DNA from: the human T2T-CHM13v2.0 reference genome, Homo sapiens
Direction: 5' to 3' (one strand)
DNA length: 64,000 bases
NCBI RefSeq assembly: GCF_009914755.1
Contig: NC_060930.1
The notes beneath the pieces were generated by a model. It searched no databases. It was not told the origin of the DNA and saw only the letters and a program-made list of their open reading frames with translations. Of this stretch, positions 63,660 to 64,000 are shown one piece after another. Within the stretch, counting starts at the first letter, position 1; the number at the start of each line of letters is the position of its first letter. A program made the position numbers and the translations under genes.

Positions 63660-64000
63660 GCCACATTTTTTTATGGTAAAATTCAAAAACATAAAATTTA
63701 CCATTTCAACCATTTTTACAGTGGCATTATCTAACATTCACAGTGTTATGCAACCATCACCACCATCTATCTATATAACTGTTTTAATCTTGCAAAACTA
63801 AAACTCTGTATCCATTAAACACCAACTCCCCAGCTCCCCTCCCAGCCCCGGACAACCACCATTCTACTCTCTGTTTCTGTGACTCTGACCAGTCTAGGTA
63901 CCTCATGTGAGTGGAACCATGCAGCATTTTTCTTTGTGGCTGGCTTCATTCACTTAGGAAATGTCCTCAAGCTTCATGCATGTTGTAGCATGTGATGTGA
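63660..64000 (-). mobile_element. L1MB-type 3' end (cut by window edge)
   Basis: aacattcacagtgttatgcaaccatcaccacc...gtacctcatgtgagtggaacc. Confidence 0.8.

Overview
Human genomic DNA, recognisable as the RIPK1 locus (6p25.2). The + strand carries two CpG-island promoters with alternative non-coding first exons (~18.9 kb, TATA-containing; ~23.5 kb, GC-box type) and RIPK1 coding exons 2-9 (codons 1-525; the RHIM and death-domain exons lie beyond the window). All GT-AG junctions and phases sum consistently. Upstream are a FAM136A retrocopy with an intact ORF, a decayed SERPINB8-like terminal exon, an orphan CpG island, a 714-bp HERV-K(HML-2) LTR5/integrase chimera between 113-bp direct repeats, and a full-length Tigger1. 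RIPK1 introns hold two 3'-truncated 5S rRNA retrocopies, many Alu/L1/L2/MIR/LTR relics, and a ~2.7-kb 31-bp VNTR that grew out of L1 ORF2 sequence and gained CpGs toward its centre. I see no new multi-gene system. The most unusual signals are the HERV-K junction anatomy, the L1-born CpG-gaining VNTR, and a RIPK1 5' leader that is open in frame with the CDS. Family assignments are from remembered consensus sequences, and repeat boundaries are approximate unless TSDs or TIRs are quoted.
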